62,317 nucleotides of DNA from an uncultured Candidatus Saccharibacteria bacterium (GCA_964392285.1 CAYMOW010000003.1:1-62317); one strand, 5' to 3'. Positions 26,914 through 36,096 are shown, numbered from the stretch's first letter. The notes: generated by a model not told the origin, from the letters alone. Translations and numbers: made by a program.

Positions 26914-27768
26914 ATGTTAAAGAAAATAATAAAAAACATAACTCCACCACTACTGTACATAGCACTCAGAAATTTTATTAATAGAAAAAACTATAGACCG
27001 ACTTGGAGCCGGTTCAATTTCGAACCATTAAACGGTATTAACATATTCTTTGATCCAAATGGCTCATGGCAACGGAAGATGCTATCCGGTCAATACGACC
27101 CATATCTATTCGAATCTCTTAAATCAATCGATACGCAAGGTAAAATAATTTTTGACATAGGATCCCATATAGGATTTCATTCACTTTTATTTGCTCGATT
27201 AACAGGAGAAAAAGGAAAGGTCTATGCTTTTGAACCAAACAAAGTCAACGTTGAAAGAATTAAATTGATCTTGAACAAAAACCAAGATGTTTCGAAAATT
27301 GTAAGAGTTCATACCATAGCCATCTCCAACAAGGTCGGCTATGAAGATTTTGTCTTGAATAACGACATTGAAAGTGGTAGGAGTTCTGGAAATTTCATAA
27401 AAGGTGCAGATACTTTTTGGGAAAAAGAAACTTATTACAAAAAAGGATTCTTTTCCGACAAAGTCGAAACTATTTCTCTAGACCAACTAGATAGTGTGTT
27501 AGGAATAAAAGACCTACCCGACATCATGAAAATTGATGTAGAGGGAGCCGAGTACATGGTCCTACTTGGAGCTGAAAGGCTAATAAGTAATAAAAAACCT
27601 ATTATTTTTATAGAGGTGCACTCAATATTAAACATGTTTAACGTGCTGATTTATTTGCAATCCAAAAATTACTCAGTGAAAATAATTAATGCAGAGTCTA
27701 GTGGTCCTTGTTTTATAGAAGCAAAACCAATAAACAAAGATGAAAATTCACATAACCACAATATTTGA
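26914..27768 (+). CDS. FkbM-family SAM-dependent methyltransferase
   Basis: The pattern is FDIGSHIGFHSLLFARLTGEKGKVYAFEPNKVN ... IMKIDVEGAEYMVLLGA, the FkbM pattern. Confidence 0.8.
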   Translation: MLKKIIKNITPPLLYIALRNFINRKNYRPTWSRFNFEPLNGINIFFDPNGSWQRKMLSGQYDPYLFESLKSIDTQGKIIFDIGSHIGFHSLLFARLTGEKGKVYAFEPNKVNVERIKLILNKNQDVSKIVRVHTIAISNKVGYEDFVLNNDIESGRSSGNFIKGADTFWEKETYYKKGFFSDKVETISLDQLDSVLGIKDLPDIMKIDVEGAEYMVLLGAERLISNKKPIIFIEVHSILNMFNVLIYLQSKNYSVKIINAESSGPCFIEAKPINKDENSHNHNI

Positions 27769-28681
27769 CAAAAACTATCTTGTAAGAGCTTTGGCTTTCA
27801 GAGAATCTCTTTACAGATATGCACCAGAGGCGAATGTTTACATGTTGTGCCTTGATTTGGAAACATACACAATATTAGAAGAAATGGCTTTAGAAAAAAC
27901 AAAAATATTCAAAGCCGAGGATTTGGGAGACACAGAGCTTATGGAGGTAAAATCAGTTCGGACCTTACCAGAATTTGCGTCAACCTGCAAACCAGCCTTT
28001 TTAAAACATGTCTTTAATTTAGAGGTAGTTAGCAATGACGACTTATTGGCATTTATAGACCCAGATATTCTTTTCTATCACAACACAGAACACGTATTCA
28101 ATCAAATTTTCAATTCAGGATCTATAACAATCACACCCCATAGATTTCCTGCCCAAAGAGACAATGAAAAATACAAAAAAGGAACCTACAACGCTGGTAT
28201 GATTTTTTTTAGAAAAGACAATAATACCAGAATATGTATCGAGGAGTGGAGAAAACAATGCATAGATTGGTGTTATATAAGATACGAGGACGGAAAGATT
28301 GGAGATCAAGGTTATTTGACAGAATGGCCAAAAAAATATGCTGGAGTATTTATTTTAGAGAATAAAGGTGTAAACCTTGGCTCTTGGAATATAGAAAACT
28401 ATAAGATCAAATATAGAAACAACGAATTTTTAATAGATGATGAAATTCTAATCTGCTACCACTTTCATGGACTTAAAATATACCTCGATAATAAAAATTA
28501 TGTCAGGATCTTACCCGTCACAATTCTCCATGAAAAAATATATGAAATCTACAGAGAAAAACTTGATTTAGCTTACAAAAAAATAATTGCTCTAAAATAT
28601 TCTTGGGTGTATGGTTTTATAAAACATCCCGGGTTCATCAGAATAATAAAACAGAAAATCTTTAAATTATTGCGCCTATAA
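27740..28681 (+). CDS. GT-A fold nucleotide-diphospho-sugar glycosyltransferase (GT8-like)
   Basis: It reads IHITTIFDKNYLVRALAFRESL..., has the DxD-like FIDPDILFY, and NAGMIFFRK. It overlaps the upstream gene by 29 nt. Confidence 0.5.
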   Translation: MKIHITTIFDKNYLVRALAFRESLYRYAPEANVYMLCLDLETYTILEEMALEKTKIFKAEDLGDTELMEVKSVRTLPEFASTCKPAFLKHVFNLEVVSNDDLLAFIDPDILFYHNTEHVFNQIFNSGSITITPHRFPAQRDNEKYKKGTYNAGMIFFRKDNNTRICIEEWRKQCIDWCYIRYEDGKIGDQGYLTEWPKKYAGVFILENKGVNLGSWNIENYKIKYRNNEFLIDDEILICYHFHGLKIYLDNKNYVRILPVTILHEKIYEIYREKLDLAYKKIIALKYSWVYGFIKHPGFIRIIKQKIFKLLRL

Positions 28682-30781
28682 TTTGGGTCGTCTTTTATCA
28701 AAGTATAGATTTACAAGATTGCCAAGTTCGACAGCTTTCATGGCACTACAAGCCACCTTACCAGAAAATACTTGCCAATAACCAGGCAATAATTCGTTTA
28801 CAATCGACGGTCGAGTATCTGTTGAATCTCTTCTAGGCAAAACTATTCTAGTCGTATACATCGAAGATACGTGGGTACAATCATCCAGACCAGACATCCA
28901 TTTACCCCATTTTACCTTGTATTTTTCAAACCTCTCTTTTCTCCTTCTTGGTTCATCGTAATATCTTCTATCAAAATTAAATTTTGGAAACTTTCCGATA
29001 CTTCTCTCCAAAACAGACAACTCAACATCATAAAATAAATATTCATCCGAATAACCAAAGGGCATGACACCAAAGAAGGCACCATCTATTATCGACCAAC
29101 CAGCCCCACTCCAGTTGGTTTTGACAACAGGGACCTCACAAAGTTCATATTGAAATTCATCCAACGGCAATCCTAGCATATCATTAATAAAATTTATTCC
29201 GGCATAAGTAGCATTTATAAGCACCTCAGACTCCACAACCCCACCTTTTTCGCCACATTTGTAAGAAATCTTATAAATATCGCCCTTTCTAGTTATGCCA
29301 TTTACTTCTGTATTTAAATACAGAGAAATATTTTTTGCTTGATTTATTTTTTTAATCAAAAAATCTCTTTCCCTATTTGCATCAAAAATATTTTCCGGGA
29401 CATTAACACTAAGTGATAACATTTCCCTGTTTAAACCAAAACCCTCAGGCCAAGATTCCTTATAAGGCAAATTCATTCTCTTACAAAATTCAATGAATTC
29501 ATTCTTACTTGTTTTACTTCCCTCTCTAGCCACCAAATAATAGTTATCAATTTCCCTTATTACTGATTTACCAAAATAATCCTCAAATGGTTTTTTGGCC
29601 TCCAAACTTTCACAAACAGTTCTTTCGTCTCTTGGGTAATGGTAACCCATATGAACTCGACATTGATTAACCAAAGACGCTTCGCTTATTATGTCGTCAT
29701 TCTTTTCAAAAATATTGACCTTATAGCCACATCGAGCAATATTGAGAGCCGACAGAACCCCAAATATACCGCCACCTATTACCGTCACAGTCTTATTTGC
29801 ATTATGTAGTCCAAGCTCATTAATAGATACGACCATTTTTGCAACATCAGTGTATCTTTCCAATGTCAAAATCTCTGACGACGTCCCCCCATTCAATCTA
29901 AAATACTCAAGATTAAGCCTAATCATTTGTTCTAAAATATCCTCCTTAAATTCCATTTTTTTGTTTTTTGTTGAGATAAAAGGATATTCCAAAAAACCAT
30001 CATCACCAATTATCCCCGCAAGATCGGCAAAAAAGTCCGGCTCTGTGCTTTCGTGCAAATGTATTCTGATACTATCTTTTTTTAAACCAGCTTTTAATTC
30101 AGATACCGCCTTTATTGCAACGGCACCACTAAAAAATAATTCCAATCTAATGTCTGAATTCTCGTTAAATCTAAAAGTTGTCTGGCAATTTATTAAGTCA
30201 AGATCAAATAAAATTTGGATAATATGTGGCAAAAAGGCTGTTATGGGGCTATAAACTTTAAGCCTCGAATCATCAAAATTCCTAGAAAAGTTTAGTTCCA
30301 CACTCTTTATATTTTCTCTGTTTTTATCTATAAAATTTTTTGTTGATTTTATTAATGCAGAATAATGCCATTGGGATGCAACCGCAATCTTGAGATTATA
30401 TTTCTTCTTTAAATTTTGTATTTTTAACAGTTCATCTGATTTGAGAGCAATCGGTTTTGGTAAAATAAAACTTCTACCACCTATAGCGATTAAATTTTCC
30501 AAAACACTCAATAAATTTATCTGATGGACACAAATATCAAAAATTTCTTCTCCATTTGAAGATCCAAAAAAATTTTTGTAATCGTGGGGTGATTTAAAAT
30601 ATGGCACCAACTTTAGATATTCACTGTCCGATTTTGTTGGACTTATCAATGCCCTTATCTCTACATCAGGAAATTTAATATATTTTCTGGCTGCAAGCGA
30701 TCCATATACTCCACCTCCAACAATAACAATTTTAATCATCAGACTAAATATACCACACAAAGTATTGGAGTCAAAAATCAC
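28676..30781 (-). CDS. Fusion protein: N-terminal Gfo/Idh/MocA-like NAD(P) oxidoreductase plus C-terminal FAD-dependent (DAO-superfamily) oxidoreductase
   Basis: There are two Rossmann motifs: KIVIVGGGVYGSLAARKY at the N-terminus and VTVIGGGIFGVLSALNIARCGYKVNIFEKN at about residue 335. FILPKP resembles the EKP motif. The C-half block VNQCRVHMGYHYPRD parallels INQYRLHRGFHYPRS of the 47520-48566 product. Confidence 0.65.
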   Translation of the reverse strand: MIFDSNTLCGIFSLMIKIVIVGGGVYGSLAARKYIKFPDVEIRALISPTKSDSEYLKLVPYFKSPHDYKNFFGSSNGEEIFDICVHQINLLSVLENLIAIGGRSFILPKPIALKSDELLKIQNLKKKYNLKIAVASQWHYSALIKSTKNFIDKNRENIKSVELNFSRNFDDSRLKVYSPITAFLPHIIQILFDLDLINCQTTFRFNENSDIRLELFFSGAVAIKAVSELKAGLKKDSIRIHLHESTEPDFFADLAGIIGDDGFLEYPFISTKNKKMEFKEDILEQMIRLNLEYFRLNGGTSSEILTLERYTDVAKMVVSINELGLHNANKTVTVIGGGIFGVLSALNIARCGYKVNIFEKNDDIISEASLVNQCRVHMGYHYPRDERTVCESLEAKKPFEDYFGKSVIREIDNYYLVAREGSKTSKNEFIEFCKRMNLPYKESWPEGFGLNREMLSLSVNVPENIFDANRERDFLIKKINQAKNISLYLNTEVNGITRKGDIYKISYKCGEKGGVVESEVLINATYAGINFINDMLGLPLDEFQYELCEVPVVKTNWSGAGWSIIDGAFFGVMPFGYSDEYLFYDVELSVLERSIGKFPKFNFDRRYYDEPRRRKERFEKYKVKWGKWMSGLDDCTHVSSMYTTRIVLPRRDSTDTRPSIVNELLPGYWQVFSGKVACSAMKAVELGNLVNLYFDKRRPKL

Positions 30782-30804
30782 ACAGGGGGGTCTTTTGTGT
30801 TATA

Positions 30805-31851
30805 GTGTTAGAATTCAAATTCATGAGAAATTTAGACAAAATAAAAACCTTTGATACTCCAATATTATTTGTCGTATTCAATCGTCCAAATATTACACAG
30901 AGAGTATTTGATGAGATAAGAAAAATTAGACCTTCCAAACTTTACGTAGCCGCAGATGGCCCAAGAAACAATAATGTGAACGACGAAAAAAATTGTGCCT
31001 TGACTCGCAAAATCTTTGATGATATAGACTGGCCCTGTGAAATTTATACCCTATACCAAGAAAAAAATCTGGGTTGTAAATATGCAGTCACAGCGGCATT
31101 TGATTGGTTCTTCAATAATGTAGAGGAAGGAATAATACTTGAGGATGATGATTTACCAGATCAGACATTTTTTCAATTTTGCCAAGAGATGTTGAAGGAG
31201 TACAGAAACGACCCCAGAATAATGCATATTTCCGGCGTCAATTTTCAAGGTAACAATAGAGAACTTAAGCTTAATGATAGTTATTACTTTTCGCGAATCC
31301 CCCACATTTGGGGCTGGGCCTCCTGGAGAAGGGCTTGGCAATTAAATAGTGTAGAAGTGGAAAAATGGCCTGAAATGAGGGGACAGAGAAGTCTTAGCAA
31401 AATATTTAAAGACCCAGCCATAGCTTTCTTCTGGGGTAAGAAATTTCAAAAATACTACGAGGGCAAAATAAACAGCTATGATGGGCAATGGGTATTCACT
31501 TGTCTGAAGTATGGTGGTTTGTGTATAAATCCAGTTACAAATTTGGTTTCCAATATTGGCTTTGGTGCCAATTCAACACACACATCAAGCCGGAGTGATT
31601 TTGCAAACCTGCCAACATCCAGTATTAAATTCCCACTGAAGCATCCAGAAAAAGTTGAGGTTAATGAAATAGCAGACAATTTTACACACAAATACGCCTT
31701 CGATATAAATAAAACTTTGAACCAAAAAATAAAATGGTTTTTAAAATTTTATTTCACAAAACCATACCTATTAGCAAAAAAATATTTCTATAAATTACTA
31801 CTTAAAAAGAACATTTATGATGACACATATCTTTTATCCTTCTTTAACTAG
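30805..31851 (+). CDS. GT-A fold glycosyltransferase (GT2/GnT-I-like, EDD motif)
   Basis: It reads PILFVVFNRPNITQRVFDEIRKIRPSKLYVAADGPR ... GIILEDDDLPDQTFF. The track start is GTG 30805; ATG 30823 (MRNLDK...) is an alternative. Confidence 0.55.
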   Translation: MLEFKFMRNLDKIKTFDTPILFVVFNRPNITQRVFDEIRKIRPSKLYVAADGPRNNNVNDEKNCALTRKIFDDIDWPCEIYTLYQEKNLGCKYAVTAAFDWFFNNVEEGIILEDDDLPDQTFFQFCQEMLKEYRNDPRIMHISGVNFQGNNRELKLNDSYYFSRIPHIWGWASWRRAWQLNSVEVEKWPEMRGQRSLSKIFKDPAIAFFWGKKFQKYYEGKINSYDGQWVFTCLKYGGLCINPVTNLVSNIGFGANSTHTSSRSDFANLPTSSIKFPLKHPEKVEVNEIADNFTHKYAFDINKTLNQKIKWFLKFYFTKPYLLAKKYFYKLLLKKNIYDDTYLLSFFN

Positions 31852-32694
31852 CGCAATGGAAACTAAAACTTTTTTGAATCTTCGCAATACATGATACTTG
31901 ATAGCTGCCAAAAATTTATCTAGTTTATTTATCAAAAAACCAGTCATGGGATCAAATTTTTCTTTACCAAAGAAGTAAATTATACTTTTCAATACCGACT
32001 TCTCTGTTTTGTCTATGTATTTCAAAAGAGGTAACAATAGATTACCCTTTCCTCCGGCAAAATGAATAAAACTTGATTCTTCATACATTTTTATAACCTT
32101 TGATAACCCCTGACCATGGGTAGCCCTATACGGAAACACCATTACATTGAATTCCGGAGGTAAGTAGACCCCTTCACGGTCATTAATCAAATGGTAAGAA
32201 AGAGGACCATTCTCTCGACATCCTTGCTCAGGATAATCATTGAAAACTTTTTCCAACAGGGGTTTATACGTTTTCCTGATTACAAAGGACCCCGTGTTCA
32301 CTACAAAATTAGGTCTATTTTCTTTTGGGCAACAATCATACAGTGCTGGTTCAGTCTTGGTGAGGTAGTCAAAATTATATGGATTATTATTGACAATACC
32401 CCAAGGTTTGTCACCAACAATCAAAAACGGATCTTTTGCATGTTTTGTAGCAAAAATATCTGCGTCTAAAAAGAACGCCCAGTTATATTTAGCAATTCTT
32501 GGATGATCAAACATTAATAATTTTTGCCACGAGGCATGCTTACCCCGAGGACCAATCCAATCGTCTACAATAACCAATTCTGCACCAATTTTGTTGGCAT
32601 AATTATCAATACTATCACCAAATCTCTTTTTAAAAATATTTAGATACTTTTGACCGATGGCCACAATCACAACGACTTTTTTTTCTTCTGTCAT
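31834..32694 (-). CDS. Putative GT-A nucleotide-sugar transferase (GT8/GT34-like)
   Basis: The 286-aa product reads VVIVAIGQKYLNIF... and has the DxD motif FLDADIF. It sits among other GT genes. Confidence 0.45.
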   Translation of the reverse strand: MTEEKKVVVIVAIGQKYLNIFKKRFGDSIDNYANKIGAELVIVDDWIGPRGKHASWQKLLMFDHPRIAKYNWAFFLDADIFATKHAKDPFLIVGDKPWGIVNNNPYNFDYLTKTEPALYDCCPKENRPNFVVNTGSFVIRKTYKPLLEKVFNDYPEQGCRENGPLSYHLINDREGVYLPPEFNVMVFPYRATHGQGLSKVIKMYEESSFIHFAGGKGNLLLPLLKYIDKTEKSVLKSIIYFFGKEKFDPMTGFLINKLDKFLAAIKYHVLRRFKKVLVSIALVKEG

Positions 32695-32710
32695 ACGATT
32701 TATTTATAGA

Positions 32711-33742
32711 TTAATATAAGGTTGTCCATAATTTCATGGCTTTTTTCTGCTGCTTCCAATAAACGTCGTTCAAATTCAATTTATGAGCCAGCTCATAATA
32801 ACAATCCTTGAATGTTTTTGATGTTAGTCTAACTTCATCAACTTTTTGCCATAGATATTCATTCACCCTTAAACCAGTTTTTTCTTTCTTAATATTTGTC
32901 AAAGGGTTGCTTGCCCTATCGTGCCAAATAATGGGATCTCCAGAGGATATCCCAAATCCTAAATGATCCGAGATCTTTTTCAAAAAAATACCACACCAAA
33001 TATCTCCAAACCTATCGTAACCCCAATGTCTACCATTTTTATCTTGCCCCATGAGCAAAAAGAACATAGCCGGAGTCACCTCTTTTTTCCACGCTATATT
33101 CATACCACACATAGGAAAAAATTTTCCCATAGAAAATCTTTGCTGTATAGCATAGCCCTTAAGGCCGCTAGTTTTCTTAGCTTTTAACTGTGTCGTACCA
33201 TCAAAATCCGGAACATTGTACCAAAGACCGTGATTCAACACTGTGTTCTCAATAACATTTTTTTTAAAGTTTTTGTAAGGTATACCACGCGGTCTGAAAT
33301 CACTTATTGTACTGATCCACATAGATTCAACTTTACTTTTTGTATTATACAAAGCATTCCAATGCATATTAATCAAACTACTCCTTATGTCTTTCAAGTA
33401 ATGTGCCAGAGGATAACAATCATCATCGAGGGTTATTATCATATCTGGATTCATTTTGTAAGCTTTGAAGTACCCATAACTTCTAACACAATCTGTTCTT
33501 CGTGGAATGATCCACGATTTTTTACCTAAATCTTTTTCTATATCTTCCCAAGAATAATGAGTAACTTCTGATTTTTTATAGAGCAATTTAAATGTCTTGG
33601 TGGGGTTATCTTCTACCAAAATAAGATGCACATTAAAATTTTTATTACCAAAAAATTCCCTCTGCCATTCCTGCAAAAATCTTTTTATGGATTGTTCACG
33701 AATAGTCGGAACCACAATAACAACCTTTTTTTTCTTGGCCAT
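32711..33742 (-). CDS. Reversibly glycosylated polypeptide (RGP) / GT75 family protein, a UDP-arabinopyranose-mutase-like enzyme
   Basis: Blocks are collinear with plant RGP1 as I remember it:
- VVIVVPTIREQSIKRFLQEW
- ITLDDDCYP (plant IDDDCF)
- RGIPY (RGYPF)
- NHGLWYNVPDFDGTTQL (SHGLWLNIPDYDAPTQL)
- FPMCGMNIAWKKEVTPAMFFLLMG ([25 protein letters not shown])
- DRFGDIWCGIFLKKISDHLGFGISSGDPIIWHDRASNP (DDMWAGWCxKVICDHLxLGVKTGLPYIxHSKASNP). Confidence 0.8.
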   Translation of the reverse strand: MAKKKKVVIVVPTIREQSIKRFLQEWQREFFGNKNFNVHLILVEDNPTKTFKLLYKKSEVTHYSWEDIEKDLGKKSWIIPRRTDCVRSYGYFKAYKMNPDMIITLDDDCYPLAHYLKDIRSSLINMHWNALYNTKSKVESMWISTISDFRPRGIPYKNFKKNVIENTVLNHGLWYNVPDFDGTTQLKAKKTSGLKGYAIQQRFSMGKFFPMCGMNIAWKKEVTPAMFFLLMGQDKNGRHWGYDRFGDIWCGIFLKKISDHLGFGISSGDPIIWHDRASNPLTNIKKEKTGLRVNEYLWQKVDEVRLTSKTFKDCYYELAHKLNLNDVYWKQQKKAMKLWTTLY

Positions 33743-33757
33743 ATTTTATAAGTACTA

Positions 33758-34684
33758 TTATTTATAATTTTTGATCAAATTAATACCTGTTTTTATATCT
33801 ATCTTTGGTTGCCAACCCAATAAAGATCTGGCCTTGCCTATATCAGCTAGAGCATGTTTTGGTTCTAATCTTTTTGCTATATATTTCTTCTTCCCACCAA
33901 TAATAGACGCTATCTCGTTTACAGATGTATTCACACCAGAACCTATATTGATAATTTCACCATTTCCTACTTTTTTGGATTTTAAAGCTCGCATATTGGC
34001 ATCTACTACGTCACTGACATATATAAAATCTCTGGTTTGCCTCCCCGATCCAGTTATGGTCATTGGTTTTTTATTTTTGCTCTGATTAATAAATTTGGCT
34101 ATCAACATGGCATAATTCCCGTTAGGGTCTTGCCCTAAACCATAAACATTAAAATATCGCAAAGAAACAGTCTTTATACCATACACTTTACTATAAGTCT
34201 TACAAGCCTGTTCGCCAAAATATTTTTGTAATGCATAAGGACTTTTTGGGGCAGGAGACATTTCCTCTCTTAGAGGAAGTTCATCCTGATCTCCATACAC
34301 AGAACATGAGGCTGAATAGATGAATTTTCTGGCTTTATATTTTACTGATAAAATCAGGATGTTGTGTATACCATCTACATTTACTTCATGACTCTCAAGT
34401 GGATTATCAATTGAAAATTGAACCATAGGAATCGCAGCACAATGGAATACAGCGTATATACTAGAAATTGATCTAAAAACCTTATCAACCTTATTCATAT
34501 CTCTTATATCTACAGCATGGACAATAGCACCAGTGGGAATATTCTCTTTTTTGCCAGTAAAGAAATTATCAACTATATGCACTTCAAAACCTTTTTCAAT
34601 CAAGCGTCTGGATAGATGTGACCCTATAAAACCAGCTCCACCGGTCACAATTATTTTACGTTTTTTTTCTTGCGTCTTAGACAT
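33758..34684 (-). CDS. NAD-dependent SDR nucleotide-sugar 4-epimerase/dehydratase (GalE/UXS-like)
   Basis: It has KIIVTGGAGFIGSHLSRRLIEKGFEVHIVDNFFTGKKENI and the catalytic SPYALQK (YxxxK). It lies directly upstream of the RGP gene. Confidence 0.85.
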   Translation of the reverse strand: MSKTQEKKRKIIVTGGAGFIGSHLSRRLIEKGFEVHIVDNFFTGKKENIPTGAIVHAVDIRDMNKVDKVFRSISSIYAVFHCAAIPMVQFSIDNPLESHEVNVDGIHNILILSVKYKARKFIYSASCSVYGDQDELPLREEMSPAPKSPYALQKYFGEQACKTYSKVYGIKTVSLRYFNVYGLGQDPNGNYAMLIAKFINQSKNKKPMTITGSGRQTRDFIYVSDVVDANMRALKSKKVGNGEIINIGSGVNTSVNEIASIIGGKKKYIAKRLEPKHALADIGKARSLLGWQPKIDIKTGINLIKNYK

Positions 34685-34706
34685 AAATTACAAACTGTTA
34701 ATAACA

Positions 34707-35240
34707 TTACTTAATAAAGTGCTCTACTATTGGGATATGGCCTTTTACAATATTGGAAGGAAGGTTCGATATTGGGAAAAATTTTTCGTTTTCATTTTCT
34801 CTAAACTCCCCTAGAATATTAGTCGTAAATACTAAGGAAAGTTCATAACCTCTTTTCGATTGACCATCACCATCACCCTGTAATCTTTCAAACCATTTAT
34901 AAAAAATAGGCTTATCCACTTCCACCATTATCTCTTTTTCTAAGACTCTTCTGAGGGTGTCCTGGATACACTCCAATGGTAAATGAACACATCCAGGAAT
35001 ATGCCATCCATCAAAAAACTTGTCTTTGCGATATATTAGTAATATTTCCGGCCCGTTTCCAATATCTCTGAATACCGCCACTTCGGCACAAACGATACCA
35101 AAAGTTTTACACCAAGCCTCAAATACCGGTAAAGGCACCGGGAATTTTAACTTGTGCATCAACCTGACTAATTCAAATTGTTCTTCTTCTGTTAAAGACA
35201 TCATATTTATAAATACAAGTCTACATATTAGAACAACCAC
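34707..35240 (-). CDS. Putative Nudix-family hydrolase
   Basis: A Nudix-box-like stretch GCVHLPLECIQDTLRRVLEKEIMV is present (Gx5Ex7R..LEKE). The real start is probably the internal MMSLTEEEQ. Confidence 0.45.
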   Translation of the reverse strand: MVVLICRLVFINMMSLTEEEQFELVRLMHKLKFPVPLPVFEAWCKTFGIVCAEVAVFRDIGNGPEILLIYRKDKFFDGWHIPGCVHLPLECIQDTLRRVLEKEIMVEVDKPIFYKWFERLQGDGDGQSKRGYELSLVFTTNILGEFRENENEKFFPISNLPSNIVKGHIPIVEHFIK

Positions 35241-35300
35241 TGATTCTAATCAAATTAATTCTTATTGAAATCTTTACTATTTCTGTTAGTATCTCAAACG

Positions 35301-35346
35301 GAGTGGCCCTGTTGCGTTTACTCGCAAGGGGCCACTCTCTTTTTGA
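35301..35346 (+). terminator. Strong terminator-like hairpin plus T-run in a divergent spacer, 31 nt upstream of the FkbM gene
   Basis: The hairpin is gagtggccc-tg-ttgcg-tttact-cgcaa-g-gggccactc, followed by tctctttttg. No upstream + strand gene exists for it to terminate. Confidence 0.5.
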
Positions 35347-35376
35347 ATGCAGAGAAATTGGTGTTAATATTGGATT

Positions 35377-36072
35377 ATGAATCCCCTACGCAAACTGATA
35401 CAAAAGACTGGTTTTGATTTGCACCGTTATAAGTCAGAAATAGACCGGGGCAAAATTTGGCGAAGTTTGAATATTCAGACTATTTTAGACATCGGCGCCA
35501 ACACCGGCCAGTTTGCCAGCTCCATACGTCAGGCCCTGCCGGAGGCTCAAATATACTCGTTCGAGCCTCTAAAGAGCTGTTTTGAGAGCCTGGTAGCCTC
35601 GCGCGCCGGGGATGCCAAATTCAAGGCTTTTAACTACGCTTTGGGCGATCGGAGTGAGGAAATAGAGATACACAAAAGTGCCTACTCCCCCAGCTCCTCG
35701 ATCCTTGAAATGTCGCAAACTCATAAAGAGCTTTTTCCTCACACCCAAGAGCACACGAGCGAAAAGATACAAATCAAGCGATTGGATGAAGTGGCCCAGA
35801 ATTTAAATTTGGCCAAAGAAATTTTGATCAAGGTGGATGTGCAAGGTTTTGAGCACAAAGTTTTGGCCGGCGGATTACAAACCTTTAGCTTGGCCAAAGC
35901 GGTCATTATGGAAGTGTCTTTTGTAAAACTTTACGAGGGTCAGCCGAGTTTTGATGAGCTTTATACTAATCTCAAAAATCTCGGTTTTGAATACAGGGGT
36001 TCGCTTGAACAAAAAAACGACAAGCATTCTGGCGCCGTTATTTCTGAAGATTCACTATTTATAAAATACTAA
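35377..36072 (+). CDS. FkbM-family SAM-dependent methyltransferase
   Basis: It reads ILDIGANTGQFASSIRQALPEAQIYSFEPLKSCFESL ... LIKVDVQGFEHKVLAGG. Confidence 0.8.
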   Translation: MNPLRKLIQKTGFDLHRYKSEIDRGKIWRSLNIQTILDIGANTGQFASSIRQALPEAQIYSFEPLKSCFESLVASRAGDAKFKAFNYALGDRSEEIEIHKSAYSPSSSILEMSQTHKELFPHTQEHTSEKIQIKRLDEVAQNLNLAKEILIKVDVQGFEHKVLAGGLQTFSLAKAVIMEVSFVKLYEGQPSFDELYTNLKNLGFEYRGSLEQKNDKHSGAVISEDSLFIKY

Positions 36073-36096
36073 AATTATGCGAAAAGCCACGAAAAG

